Part shown: positions 43,754 to 57,852 of the stretch, piece after piece
Layout: each line of letters opens with the position of its first letter
Position numbering within the stretch: position 1 is the stretch's first letter
Assembly (NCBI RefSeq): GCF_009914755.1
Contig: NC_060931.1
Length of the DNA stretch: 64,000 bases
From: the human T2T-CHM13v2.0 reference genome, Homo sapiens
Direction: 5' to 3' (one strand)
The notes under the pieces: generated by a model
Told to the model about the DNA's origin: nothing
Database searches by the model: none
Seen by the model: the letters and a program-made list of their open reading frames with translations, nothing else
Made by a program: the position numbers and the translations under genes

Positions 43754-46700
43754 TTAGTAGGTTCTACCTTCCCCACGTGTAGTTGTCCTCTCTCCCTCCT
43801 AAATTATAAGTTTCCTAAGGGCAGATAACATGTTTTGTTCTTCTTTTTTTTGTACATAGTTCATACTTAGTAAAAGTATCCATACTGAATGAATGGCTCT
43901 TACTTATACTGTAAAGAAATAAGGCATACAGCGGAAGTGTGTATGCTTAATACACATACAATACACAAACTGTTGGATTTAAGGAAAGATTTTGATGACA
44001 TGAAGAGGCTAACACTGCCGAACGTACTTCCAAATATTGCCTTGCCCCTCAACTCTCCTTGGAGTGGTACTGGGGGGAGCAAGACACATAAGCAACAATA
44101 ATAACAAGAATCATAATAGATATATTTATTGAGCACTTACTTTGCAGTTGATGCTCTTCTAGCTAAGGTAATCTTCACAACCCTGGTCTTTTCAAGACAC
44201 ACTTTGAGAGACAGGTACAGTATGTTTTCCATTCTAGAGATAAAGAAACTGACAGAAAAATCAAATACTACTTTTTTTATTAGTTGGGTGAATGCTTAGT
44301 ACCACCAAACAAACCTCTTTTTGCAATCCGTGCTAAAGCAAGTAAGTGCCTTAGGCTCACCACCAAAGCAGGCCTTCCTTTTTCCCTTAGTCTAAATTTT
44401 ATTGTGGGTTGACCACGAAGCTCAGAGCAACTTCCAAGGGGCCCCTAGCTGAGCTTAGTCATCACCAGTCCTGAAGGCAACAGAAGGCAGAAGAGAGGCC
44501 CAAGTGTGTGCAGGACTTTTTAAATTCAAAGCTGTGGTTTTTCGAAGCACAGGGACCCTGTCCACTGGCAAACCTGGCCCAATCAGAGTCTTATATGCTA
44601 ATACTCGGATTGGCAACCATGAGGAAAGCTGGGAGAGTTTCCTTTCCCTCACACAAACCCTAAATGAGTAGATGAATAAATAGACCCTGCATGGTATATG
44701 TAATCATATACCAAGCATAATGAGAGACAAAGGAAATGTGGCAAAATGTTATCAATGGAGGAAGTCAAGCAAAGAGTTTTTGGGTGTTATTCTCACCATC
44801 TATCATTATTTTTTCCTGTTAGAAATTTTTCAAAATACACACTTAGGCAAAACTTTAAAAGACATCTAAAACAAACAAAAATGAGTAACTGTAAAGGTAG
44901 GAGTCAACAATAAATACACGGGAAAGGAATCTGAAGCCAGGAACGTTGTGGCCCATCCAAGGGGGAAGTGCCCAGAGAGAAGGGAAGAGGTAGAACTGGA
45001 GACAGCTGGTGCTTCTTAGGGAGATGCTCAGCCTGCCCAAGAGGCTAATTTAAAACTAAATCTTATCCCTGGATCCCACAGCCCTTAATGTGACCCAAAC
45101 TTTCCATTACCAAATTCTGGGGTTTTAAATCCTGATATTGTGTGCTTGAATCTGGAATCTGTCTCATCCATTAAAGATCTGACCTATTGAGGCCACATGT
45201 GTCTATGCAATAAGTTCTTTTCAAGCCAAACTTTCATGTTAAAAAAAAAAAAAAATCCTGAGAGGAAATACATGTGGTCCCTGTCCGCTTCTAGCCCACT
45301 TCAGGCTATTTATTGTTTTATTTGATTGTTGAGAAGTCAGAAATGACTAAATTGGTTCTCAATGTGGCCTGCACATTTCCTTGGCTAGGAATGGTCTGAT
45401 TAAGGCAAAGCCCAACTTAGAATTTAGCAGTGTTCTGATCTGTGTGGGTTTGGGGGAAGGCATGTGTATTTTGTTCTTTCGTTCTGAAGTCCTTCCCTTG
45501 TGGATTTCAGACTAAAGTGGGTGTGATGACACATTTACCCTTTTGGTTTTGTTTTTAAAACACAAAGCTGACAAATGTGTTTAATGGCCCCGTAGTACCA
45601 ACTGACAGCGGCACGGAGCCCAGGAGGCTCACTTGTACCTTGACTGTCTCAGTGAGGAAGCTGAATTTTACTCACCACTTAGAAGGATTAAATGCAGACC
45701 ATAGCATACTTCTGACATTTCATTGGCTTATCAGGAAATTCCATGAGAGTGGGGAGGAGGGTGGAAGCAGAAGAGGTACATACATTGAATGGTATATCCT
45801 ACTTAGAAATTATAAACTCTAAGAAAATATTAATAGAAGGAGGAAAATATTTATTTTTCAGCACAGAGACTATTCTCTGTTTATACATTAGGTACCAGAT
45901 CATAAAGAATCACAGAGAGAGAGAGATTATTCATCCCAACTGGTGTGCATTTTAATGGTGAAGAAATAGTTACCTGACTTACCCAAAGTCATAACTAGTT
46001 GGGACTGGACCTGTTGTAAAATCCAGGGCTTCTGACCTTTCTAATCCAGTACAGTATTCATTCAGCACCTCATCTTCCCTGTCATGGTCTACAATAGCCC
46101 TGCAAACAGTCTTCTAAAACTCATCAGAGTTGGCTGCTCATGTGATCCGGTCCAGGTCGGTTCTCTAATCTGCCTACAGGTCAGTTCTTTGAAATCATTT
46201 CCATGCCTCCTCATGCACCCCCAAACTCAGCTGGTCATTTTGCAAATGCAGGTTGTCAGCTGTGAGTGAGCACTGGTAACAGAAAGAAAATCCATCACCA
46301 CGAGTGCTGATGGAAAAACAACTGGGAACGTACTGCCTAGTAGAATGTTGTTTGTGGCCCGATCTTTGTATAAGAAGGAAAACATCATAAATTAAAAGAA
46401 AAGCTACCAGCCAACAACTGTATTTTTACCAGCCTCCTCTTCTTCCAGAAAACTCATTGCGAGGAAAATAAATAGCATTCTTTCCCAGCAGCACAACCGA
46501 AAGTCTTGTTAGTTATAGGCGAGTGGCTATTTGAAAGCCTGGCTACAATTTTCCTGTTTTACTAACACTTGTAATTAAATCCATCAACTCCCTCTAAGAT
46601 TCTGTGTAAATACCAGATGCTCCCTACATTTTTTTCTCTCCTGGAGAATATGAAAAGTTGTACATTAGCAGTAGAGGAACTTCAAAGGAGGCACAGACCT

Positions 46701-48299
46701 GAGTGAAAGTGAAGTTCTGAAGATCCACACTCGCTTCCCTGTGAATTTCTTAGAGTGTTCCAGGGAGGGCAGCCCACCACACTTGGCCAGCACAGGCCCA
46801 TCCCATCTCTCACCCGAGTGGCGGATGTTAAGTTGACATCCGTGCCCCAGTTCAGGAGCAGATGGCTCTGCGTGGGGCATGGTGGTTTGGGAGAATCCAC
46901 CCGGGCCTGGCGGGAATCCTGTTGTTGAGGGAGGAGTAGGGCCCTGCCTCCCGCTCCCCGAGGGTTTGCAGCCCGCTTTTCATGTGCTATTGATGCTGCC
47001 CCCACCCGCTGTCACTTGGAGTCATTCAGTCAATCACATGGAGAATCAGAGGAGAGGCTTGGGATGGCTCTGGATAAATCCTCCCTCGCTACTGGGGGTG
47101 AGAAAATCCTCTTCAGAGCACATGCACTCCTCAGAGGGCATCAGTGTACATATATATATATATATATTTTTTTTCTTCTGTATGCAAAGAAGAGTAACTT
47201 GTTCCCCCAAGGTGAAGGATTTCAGCGGTAGGCAAAGCAACACCACTACCACCCCAACCCGCCCACTTTGCTTTTCCAGAATTAAACGTAGTTGCCTAGA
47301 GCTGTCATGACCTACAGAGAAAGCTGAGGAAGTGTTAAGTGAATCATGAAAGCAAATCAACAGACCTGCTGGTATTTAAATTTTAGTGTATTCCAGTGTG
47401 GATTTCTTGGTATTTGTAATGCAAAAACTGGGAACGGGGGCTCCACCTCCTCTCCCAGCAGATCCAACCCTATGTTCCAACTTAGTCCCAGCATATTCGA
47501 CCCCATGTTTTGTGTGAATTTACTTTAAAGTCTTTCACACTCCCGAGGCCGTCAGCAAAGCACTCATATCTTATGGGCAACCCCCAGCCCTCTTCGCTTA
47601 TAAACTAACTGTCCGTGGCTTTGGGGTTGTTCCCTACCAGTTTTATTGGGCAGGTTGTTAGCTAAGGGATTCATTCTAGAACCAGAGGTTTGAGGCAGAC
47701 CTCTAAGATCCTCTTGACTCTGAGTGTGTGGAGGAGAGTGAGGGAAAGGACAGAACCCATGGCCCGCGCCACCTCAGCTTCTTTCAGTTTCTATTTGAAA
47801 CTGAAATCACAGAAGAGCTGTCAGATGGCAGCTGTGCATTTGGTGGAAATGAGAATTCCAGATTTTATGCTAATTCAGTTTCAGGTTCCTTTGAACCTGC
47901 AGTTTATGGGGCCGTGCTGAAAACTGCAATCTGTTTTGGATAAAAGAAGGGATTACTAAAGACTTTTTAGTTGTACAAACATTCCCAGCCTCCAAAAGGA
48001 AAGGGGGGAGACCAGATTTATTCTTTCATTAAAATTGTCATGTTAAGTTTTCTTCTGCTTTATCAAATAGAAAACTTTTCCTTATTTTGGCAATGATTTT
48101 TCTTATTTCAAGTTTTTTTGTTGTTGCCGTGATTTATTTTCATTTCAGTAGCACTCTTTCTCGAACTTCAAAGTCCTTGTCACTTCCTCCCAGAGGCAGG
48201 AACACAAAGGTGGTGCCCATGGATGTATCTCATCCTGGCATGTGCTCACCTTCTTCCATTCTCGCAGTGTTGATTGAGGCTGACCCAGATGGTTGTTTC

Positions 48300-48770
48300 A
48301 CTTACCTATTATTGCTTTGTAACAAACCACGAATTTGGAGCCTGGAAATACAATGCTGCCATTAGGGCAGGGCTCTGCAGAGAAGCTTCCTCTCTGTTCC
48401 ACATGGCATCTGCTAAGGCAAGTTCAGCTGGAGCTGGCGGAGCCACACCCAAGATGGCTTCTTCACGTGGCTGGCAAGTTGTCAGGGGCTGTTGGCTGGG
48501 AACTCAGCTAGCCCTGTGGTCCCAAGGCCTCAGCTTACTTCCATGTGGTACTGCTTGGGCATCCTTACTATATGGTAACTGTGTTACAAGCTTAAATAAC
48601 CAGAAGCTGCTGGGCCCAAACTCTGAATCTCCAGCATATCACTTCCTCCTCATTCTATTCATCAAAACAGTCACACGTCAGTCACAAGGACATAAGTTTC
48701 ACCTTCTAATGGGAGGCATGACATGCACATACAGAATTATTTGGGAGCCATATTTGGAGATGAGCAACCA
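48300..48770. mobile_element. MLT1 LTR remnant
   Basis: tattgctttgtaacaaaccac...caagatggcttcttcac.tggctggcaagtt...gctgttggctgggaactcagct. Confidence 0.75.
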
Positions 48771-50143
48771 CAATGGTTAATGATATATTTTTTAGAATTT
48801 TGATTTTCAGGAGAATGTACCCACGCTCTGTTGTTAGCCATATGGGTTTCTATATTCTGTGAAATCCCAAACTGTTGGCAATTCGTGGAAAGGACTTTGC
48901 AGTTTAGTTTTATGTTTGAGATAATGTCTTCATTCTCTTCTGTTTTAGTTGGCAGAGATCTGGTCATTTATTTATTTACTCATTGATCTGACCACTGCGT
49001 ATCAACCCATCTCTTACATGTGATGCATGAGAATACTGTACTAGATGTTAAGGGCAATGGTGGTGTGTAAGAGTACATCACAGTCCTGGTCCTTGAGTGA
49101 TTGAATCTACAGACTGCTCTCCAAAGCAGTATCTTGTTCCCAGTGAGGATACGTGTGCCCCTAAAGGAATGGCAGTGTCCAGAGGTGAGCCGAGAAACAA
49201 CTACATGTTATATATTGTCTTAGATCTATGTTTCCATTAGGAAGCATTCAAGAAAAGCTGTAGTTTGGAGCAGAAGAAGAAATTTCTGGTGTAATTCATT
49301 TGCAATACAGATCTGTAAATGGAAATTACATAGGACCAGAGAGGAGCTGGCGGGTCTTTGTAGGCACACAGGCTTGCCCTGACCCTATGTAACAGCGGCA
49401 TATGATCATAATAACTGGCATTTCTGTAACAGTTAACCATCTACAAACTGTGCTAATTTGATTGATAAAGCCCCAGAGATGGAGGCTATTGGAATGGCCA
49501 TAGTAGGGTTTCCCATTCCATTCTGATAGCATGGAAGAGACAGAGAGAAAAACTAAGGCCAGAGCAAGAGGGAAAATCAGAAACCTTGCTCAATAAGAAT
49601 GCTTTCAGGAAATCGAAACTAAGGGAATTCTACGACATTCTAGCTCCTCAGCTACTACCCCAGCAAGTGTATGATTCCCCAAACCAGTAGAAGCAAATAT
49701 TTTGTCCTCAGCCAACAAGAATTCCTGCAAGTCAATATTTGGACCATCAGGATGCTTAATAATAAGGCTAGGGAAAAAAAAAAAAAGCTTTGTTAGATCA
49801 TTGTATATTAGCATAGATGCAGGAGTCAAATTTTCAGTACCCTAAAGATTATTAATACTTTCAGGTAACGTTTCCAGGAGGAGATAGCAAAGCCTTTGAG
49901 TAGAAGGATGGACTAACATGCGGTTGGCCACCATTCTCAGGATGTCAGTAATCTTTCAAACCACAAAACCTGGGAAGGTAAACTACTTGTATATCCCAGG
50001 AATAGTCACGTGACTTATAGACAGCCTTACCATGACCCTTCAGATCTTAAAACCTCTCTAGAGTTTAGACAGCAGAATGATTTTGTCTTAGACATCTGGC
50101 CAGTGGAGGGAGAAACTGAGATTTACCCAGCAGTGGGGATAGG

Positions 50144-50337
50144 ATGGTGTGGTGTGGTATGGTGTGGCGTGATGTGGTGTGGTGTGGCGTGGCGTGGCGT
50201 GTTGTGGCGTGGTATGGTGTGGCGTGGCATGTTGTGGTATGGTGTGTGTGGTGTGGTATGGTGTGGCGTGGTATGGTGTGGGGTGGTGTGGCGTGGCGTG
50301 TGGTGTGGTATGGTGTGTTGTGGTATGGTGGGGATGG
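50144..50337 (+). repeat. G-rich pentanucleotide simple repeat (TGGTG/TGGCG/TGGTA)n
   Basis: About 190 bp of degenerate 5-mers; explains the W/C/G- and H/T/P-rich ORFs. Confidence 0.95.
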
Positions 50338-50829
50338 ACAGTGGGAGCATGGTATTAGGGAAGGAATGTGACATGCCTGCTGGCACCATGCTATAATCCT
50401 CATTCCTTCACTGCAGAGGACCTCCTTACACTCCTGTATCCATTTCCTTATCTAAAATAAGGAAGAAACTCTCCGTTACTCTCTTTGCCTCACAAGATTG
50501 ATGTAAGAGCAAACGACATTATAATTGTAGCATTCTGGAAAAATATGTGTTACTCTAGGGCATTTTTGGCAGCGTCCTTTGGAGAGGCTGAATCTTAGAA
50601 CCAGTAAATGGCACCGTCACATATAATTTATGGCTCATGCTCTTTTTTCAGTCTAGGGTTCACTTCTTGGTTGGTTGATTTCTCCCTCCCTTCCATTTCA
50701 AGGCACTGAAATGAAGACTAGAATCATATTTTGAGCTTGACTCAGTCCTAGAATAGCAGCAGTCTTTCCCTGGGACTAACCAAAGCTAGAAATGAGGGTC
50801 CTCAGATCAGATACAGAAAAGTAGTTCTT

Positions 50830-51148
50830 GGCTGGGTACAGTGGCTCACACCTGTAACCCCAGCACTTTGGGAGGCTGAGGTAGGTGGATCACTTGAGGT
50901 CGGGAGTTCGAGACCAGCCTGGCCAACACGGTGAAATCCCGCCTCTACTAAAAATACAAAAATTAGCCAGGCATGGTGATGCACCCCTGTAGACCCAGCT
51001 TCTCAGGAGGCTGAGGCAGGAGAATAGCCTGAACCAGGGAGGCGGAGGTTGCAGTGAGCAGAAATCGCACCACCACACCCCAGCCTGAGTGACAGAGCAA
51101 GACTCTGTCTCAAAAAAAAAAAAAAAAAAAAAGAAGAAGAAAAAAGAG
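50830..51148 (+). mobile_element. AluS (Sx/Sz-like)
   Basis: Full dimer, long A-tail, flanking tagttct repeat. Confidence 0.93.
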
Positions 51149-51879
51149 AAATAGTTCTCCCTCAGTAGTCCTCCCTCAAACTGAGCTGAAATGATAATAA
51201 CATATGTGGTATGACTTGTTGAATGGTAAACATGGTCGGAGAACTCCCAAAAAGGTAGTATTTCTTTCAATATTCATATTAGTCATTCCAGCATCCAACT
51301 GAGGAACATCTAAGGTGGTTTCAGGGCCCTCTTTTACCCTGAATTGTTTTTTAAAAAAAGAAAAAACTGCGGAGAGCTCAGCCTAAAATGGCTAAAATGC
51401 CTCTTACCTAGAGAACTGGAAAACGCGATCAGTTCACCAGCAGTTCCCCGTTTCCCACAGTGGTTGTTTCTAACATTGCCACTTAGTGCATCTGCTGAAA
51501 CACAGATGGTCGCATCCCTACCAGCAATTGCAGAGACTCCCTTCCCACCCTCCCAGAAGCTGCACCCATGCCCGGGAGCCCATGGCTACAGCTCTTAATT
51601 TATACATGGGTGCAATGACAGCCACTGTTTGCTGAGCAAGCCCCCGCCCCAGCACCATCTCCCCCAGCTCAGTCCTTCTTCTTTCATAGTAAGCTCCTGT
51701 CTGGGATCCTCACCTGTCAACAGACCTTACAGCAAGGCTGCCTTTGTCAGGCTACCATATGTCCTGTCCCCTTAGGGGACTGGGTGCTTGACAACCTTCA
51801 TTTATAAAACTAAGAGGGGCTGCTAGAAGTCAGCTTTCCTGAAACTATAAGAATGTCTACTCCTAGGTGACTTGTCACT

Positions 51880-52125
51880 AATGATGAAGGTAAGTTGCTG
51901 TTCCAAGTGCTTTACATACATGAATTCATTTAACCCTAACAACAGTTGCAGCAAAGTAGGTGATGTTATGGCCATACTTTCTAGATGTGGAAACTGAGGT
52001 ACAGAGATGCAAAGTCCTCTCTCCACCATCACACAGTAAGTGGGAGTGGAGGATAAGCTAGGATTTGAACCCATTGGTTCTTTCATGAGTGGCTAAGCTT
52101 TTAACCACTAGACCAACTACCTCTT
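51880..52125 (-). mobile_element. MIR SINE
   Basis: aagtgctttacatacatgaattcatttaaccctaacaaca...ggaaactgaggtacagaga...ggatttgaaccca. Confidence 0.85.
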
Positions 52126-52170
52126 AGTTGTCCCCAAACATAGAAATGGCTGGCACCTGTTTAAAGGCCC

Positions 52171-52473
52171 TTTTTGTTTTGTTTTTGTTTTTGGAGACAG
52201 AGTCTTGCTGTATCCCCCTGGCTGGAGTGCAGTGGCGCAATCTCAGCTTACTGCAACCTCCCGGGTTCAAGCGATTCTCCTGCCTCAGCCTCCCCCGAGA
52301 AGCTGGGATTATAGGCACCTGCCACTATGCCCGGTTAATTTTTGTACTTTTAGTAGAGATGGGGTTTTACCATGTTGGCCAGGCTGGTCTCAAACTCCTG
52401 ACCTCAGGTGATCTGCCCACCTCGGTCTCCCAAAGTGCTAGGACCACGCACACGTGAGCCACTGCGCCAGACC
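52171..52473 (-). mobile_element. AluS
   Basis: Reverse dimer with TTTTG tail. Confidence 0.92.
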
Positions 52474-54184
52474 CGAAAGCATCTTTTCATTCATTCATTT
52501 ATTTGTTTTTAAATCCAATCGAATTTAGCAGTGGGGAGTTGTCTTAAGTGTCTTCTTTTCCGCTGAACACATTATTTTCCTCAATCTGTCATCTCTGATG
52601 ACTGACTTACACATTGTGTTCTACGCCGATCCGTCCTTTCAGCTCATGCAGACATTTTGTATACATTTTCATTTTAATTACCACCCCCCAACTCTGCCCC
52701 ATGTTCATATGGAAATAGAGGAGCCAGGTGTTGGATACATGAGCCGGTAACTAAGGCAGGATGCGTACCTGGACTTAGTAGGGTCCCCCAGGGAGCATGG
52801 ACTCAATATGAAATGCAGGTCGCTAGACCCCAAGTTTCAAACACCCATCAATATGACATGATGTGAGAAAGAGCAAACCAAGTCCAGACGGAAACGAGAC
52901 AGCCATGACCAGGGGAGGCAGAGAGGCCTCACAGTTCTCATCACATGCACTGCTGTAAAAAGTAAGATGAGATACCTACAGCCAATTGGGTGACACGAGC
53001 AGGGATTGGATTTATTTGTATTTTTCATTGCCTTTCTTTGCAGGGTTGTCAGATTCTGAATATTAATACCTTAATGTAGATTTGGTGGTTAAGTAAGATA
53101 TATTTTATGGATTTTTTAATACTTTTTCCCCTTTGTAGTTTATAGTACATTGTGAAGTTTGAAAGTAAAATTCCTTTCCTTGACTTCTACACTCGGAAAA
53201 TATTTATTCCCCCCTGTGTCTCAATGGTATGCATCATAAACTAATCCAGTTCAGTTTATTTACTTCCCTCTTGTTGCAGATCCATGATCAATTGTAGCAA
53301 CACGGGCATATAATGGCAGAGGTTTTTACTTTACAGCAGTACGAGCATGAGCTATTGCACTCTCCTTTCAGGGTGATAAGGAAGGAAGCTTCCATTTTCA
53401 GAATCACCCATTCAGAAGGGGTTGGGGGGCACTGAGCAGAGGAACTGGGGGCCACCTGACGTTGATTAGCCCTGAATCGCTAAGGAAGACATCCCAATCC
53501 ATAGTTTCAAATGAATCAGCCTACACAGAAGAAATCCCTGGGAACCAGAAAGAGTTTTAATCTCCTGGGCTGAACAGTGTGGAAGGCAGAATATTAGGAA
53601 TTAGCAGAGGTGACAAGTAGGACAACCTCGGCCTGCCTCCCAGTGGCGGGCAACCTGTTGACTCCAGTTCTCCATCCTAGGACCCTTGCTTGACTGCCAT
53701 GAGTAAGAGCAGTGGGCACCGAAGTCAAAATGCAGATCCCTCCAGGCTTCTCAGTAGCTGTTGTCTGCCCTGAGCATTCTCCCAACCTTATCAGTTACCC
53801 AGACACTTGTTGGGAGCCCTCAGACTAACTAGCATGCTGGGACAATTTCCACCGTGTCTTCATTCCTCTCATCATGGGTATGTTGAGCAAGGCCTCCTAA
53901 CTCTGTGCTGGGTACAAATTCCAAGATGTGGACAAATTCTAAGATGTGAATTCTATCCACAAGAAACCAGGTGAGTTCAGAAGGCATGGCTCGGGGCATA
54001 CAGGAGGATTTATCATCACAAACAGATAATAAAGTGTTGTCTCCAGACACACATCTGTTATTTATACTGCTGCTGTGGCATGGACAAAGACAAGCAAGAC
54101 ACAGTCCTTGGATAGTCACATTTAAAGCCAAATTGAGGTGGTGGGTCCTCCATACAGAGAAAATAAACAAAAAAAACAAATCAT

Positions 54185-54474
54185 GGCCGGGTGCAGTGAC
54201 TCATGCCTCTAATCCCAGCACTTTGGAAGGCCAAGGTGGGAGGATCGCTTGAGGCCAGGAGTCAGAGATCAGCATGAGCAAGATAAAGAGACCCTGTCTC
54301 TACAAAATTAAAAATTAGCCCAGCGTGGTGGCGCATGCCCATAGTCCCAGTACTCAGGAGGCTGCTGCAAGATGACCCCGTGAGCCTAGTAGTTGGAGGC
54401 TGCAGTGAGCTCTGATTGTGCCACTGCACTCTAGCCTGGGCAACACAGCAAGACGCCATCTCAACAAAACAAAA
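54185..54474 (+). mobile_element. AluJ
   Basis: Diverged dimer with J features. Confidence 0.9.
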
Positions 54475-54713
54475 CATGCTTCTGCACCAGTAAGACATCA
54501 TTTTTATAGTCGTAGGCAAAACGGTAGTCCTCTTAAAACTGGAAATTACAATTTAACATGTCTAAATGACATAATTGGGATGCTGCTATTTTATGTTTTA
54601 AGAAATTGAAGCCCTCACTATTAAGAGTTTCATCACATCTTAAGGCTGGCAGGCTTTTATAACATTTTGCTGGATTCAGGGTCGACTTTATAATCTACCA
54701 AGAATATCCATGT

Positions 54714-55037
54714 GGCTGGGTGCAGTGGCTCATGCCCATAATCCCAGCACTTTGGGAGGCAGAGGCAGGAGGATCACTTGAGGCCACGAGTTCAAGACCA
54801 GCCTGGGAAACATGGCAAAACACCATCTCTAGAAAAAAATTTTTAAAAAATTAGCCAGATGTGTTGGTGCACACCTGTGGTCCCAGCTACTCCCAGCTAC
54901 TCCCAACTACTCAAGAGGCTGAGGTAGGAGGATCACTTGAGCCCAGCAGGTCGAGGCTGTAGTGAGCTGTGATGGCACCACTGCACTCCAGCCTGGGTGA
55001 TAGAGCAAGACCCTATCTCAGAAAAAAGAAAAAGAAA
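54714..55037 (+). mobile_element. AluJ with internal 10-bp triplication
   Basis: tcccagctac tcccagctac tcccaactac at 54881-54910. Confidence 0.92.
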
Positions 55038-55133
55038 CACCCTTATTAGGAGACCCAAGCTATCCACTGTCCAGGTTCTGACCCTGTCTGGAGGGATTCT
55101 TTGCAGTAGGTCCTCTATAAAGATGTCGTTCCC

Positions 55134-55515
<382 letters not shown>

Positions 55516-56319
55516 TTATTTTCATTATTGTGGTGATCCCCACTGGGAGAACCCAGTAGAAGGCAAGGCTATGGCCATTGTGGCCCTAATAAAATAGACT
55601 TTTATTTTGTTGGTCTCCACGGTAATCAAAAGAAGTGTGTCATCTGTAATCATAATAGACAACAAATATATCCTCCTTACTAAGTGCCAGGCACTGTTAC
55701 TGATGAAGGCCCCAAGAGGTGTGGCTCCTGTTATCTCACTTTCTAGATAAGGAAACTGAGGCAGGGAGAGTGAAGAGATTTACCCAAGCTGTCCTGGCTC
55801 AGAAATGGCAGAGCCACAATTATTAACCTGATGCTGGCTCCAGGGCCCAGCTCCAAACCTCTACCCTGAAGAACAAGTAGAAACTTGGATTTTCAGAGCT
55901 TGCAGAACCTTTAGAACTTGAAAAGAATGGAGACTTCCATAGTTTCAGAAATAAACCAGGCATGGTGACATCCTTGCCGAGGCTAGTTGGAGTTATCACC
56001 CTCCTTCAATCACCTAGTGATCTTTTAAAACTACATCATCCATAACGAAAGGTTCGAGGAAATTCTGGTGAAGACTTCCTCTTCCTTTAAACCACCTCAA
56101 GAAGCACACAGCACATGCGCTGTTAGAGTGCCTGAACTTCATTATATTTAGGAGGGGGAGCACAATGAAATTAATGAACTTTCTCTGTATAAAACGCTTA
56201 ACAGAAGACTATAATTTGTAAGAAATATTTTGCTAAAATATATTTAGCTTAAATCTGGTAATTTGTGATATAAATTGAATCCCATCTCAGATTATAATTT
56301 TTAAGAATTTGCAAGTATA

Positions 56320-56620
56320 GGCCAGACAGAGTGGTTCATGCCTGTAATCCCAGTACTTTGGGAGGTCAAGGTGGGAGAATCACTTGAGGCCAGGAGTTTA
56401 GGACCAGCCTGGTCAGTATAGGAAGACCTTGTCTGTACAAAAAATAAAAATTAGTTGGGCGTGGTGGTACACACCTGTAGTCCCAGGTACTTGGAAGGCT
56501 GAGGCGGGAGGATTGCTTTAGCCCAGGAGTTCCAGGTTATAGTGAGCTATGATTGTGCCACTGCACTCCAGCTTGGGTGACAAAGTGAGACCTTGTCTCT
56601 TAAATAAGTTAATAAATTCA
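56320..56620 (+). mobile_element. AluJ
   Basis: TSD taagaatttg(c/a)aagtata at 56302-56319 and 56621-56638. Confidence 0.93.
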
Positions 56621-57514
56621 TAAGAATTTGAAAGTATAGATTGACTTACAAGAATTTCCCTTTGTTTTTAAACCTAGTTTAAATCTTTAGATGTATTTTT
56701 GAGATTTGAGGAAGAAGGCTCCATATTTTAACGTAGCTTTACATTTTTTTTAAACTGATTAATCATAAACTTGGCTAAGATCTTTGGGCATATATTAAAA
56801 ATTATTTCTGAAATCATTAATCTAACACCAGAGTGGAAATTGAGTCCACATTCTTGCTCTCTGCTTTCTATTAGAAAGGGTTGCCGCTTTCTAAGACTTG
56901 TTCTCCTTAGATTGGGTTCAGAGGCTAAAGGTGATGTTAAGAAGCCATTAGTGTTTAGTATGTTAATCCACCTCCATGTAACAGAAAAGATAGCTTCCAG
57001 CCTTTGACTTGGCATCTTTATATTAAAACTCCAATAAAAGGAAATTAAATTTCTCAAGGAAAAAAAAAAAAAACAATCTTCCTGATTATTGAAAGCCCTC
57101 TGACCTGGATTCAGTCCCTAATATATGGATTATCAAATTTAGTCTTCTTTCTTCCTTCTTCCTACTTCTGATGCTGTTGTGTACCTGGTCCCCTCCAATT
57201 TTGACATTCATTCCCATCCCCGCTTCCAGAAAGCATAGGGAATAGAGCAGTTTGGAAACCAGTCAGAAATGGGCTCATTTGTGAGTCTGGAGAGAGGATG
57301 AGAAATGGAGCAGGTCACAGTGGGTGGTGTTCTGCAACCGGGCCAGCCAGGGGACCCTGGGGAGCAGCACTGGAGGTGGCCACAGTGGTCAGAGGCTTGG
57401 CTTTTGGCGTTCCCAGGTTCCTCTTGATGAGAGATCATCAAAAGATCTGGACACATGCAGATCTGGCTGAGGCCGTCATCTGAGGCCTAATCCCTGGTAA
57501 CCATTGATGACAAT

Positions 57515-57852
<338 letters not shown>

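Noticed and set aside
50010-50403. Cys/Trp-rich and His/Thr/Pro-rich ORFs
   Set aside because: They are readings of the pentanucleotide simple repeat.
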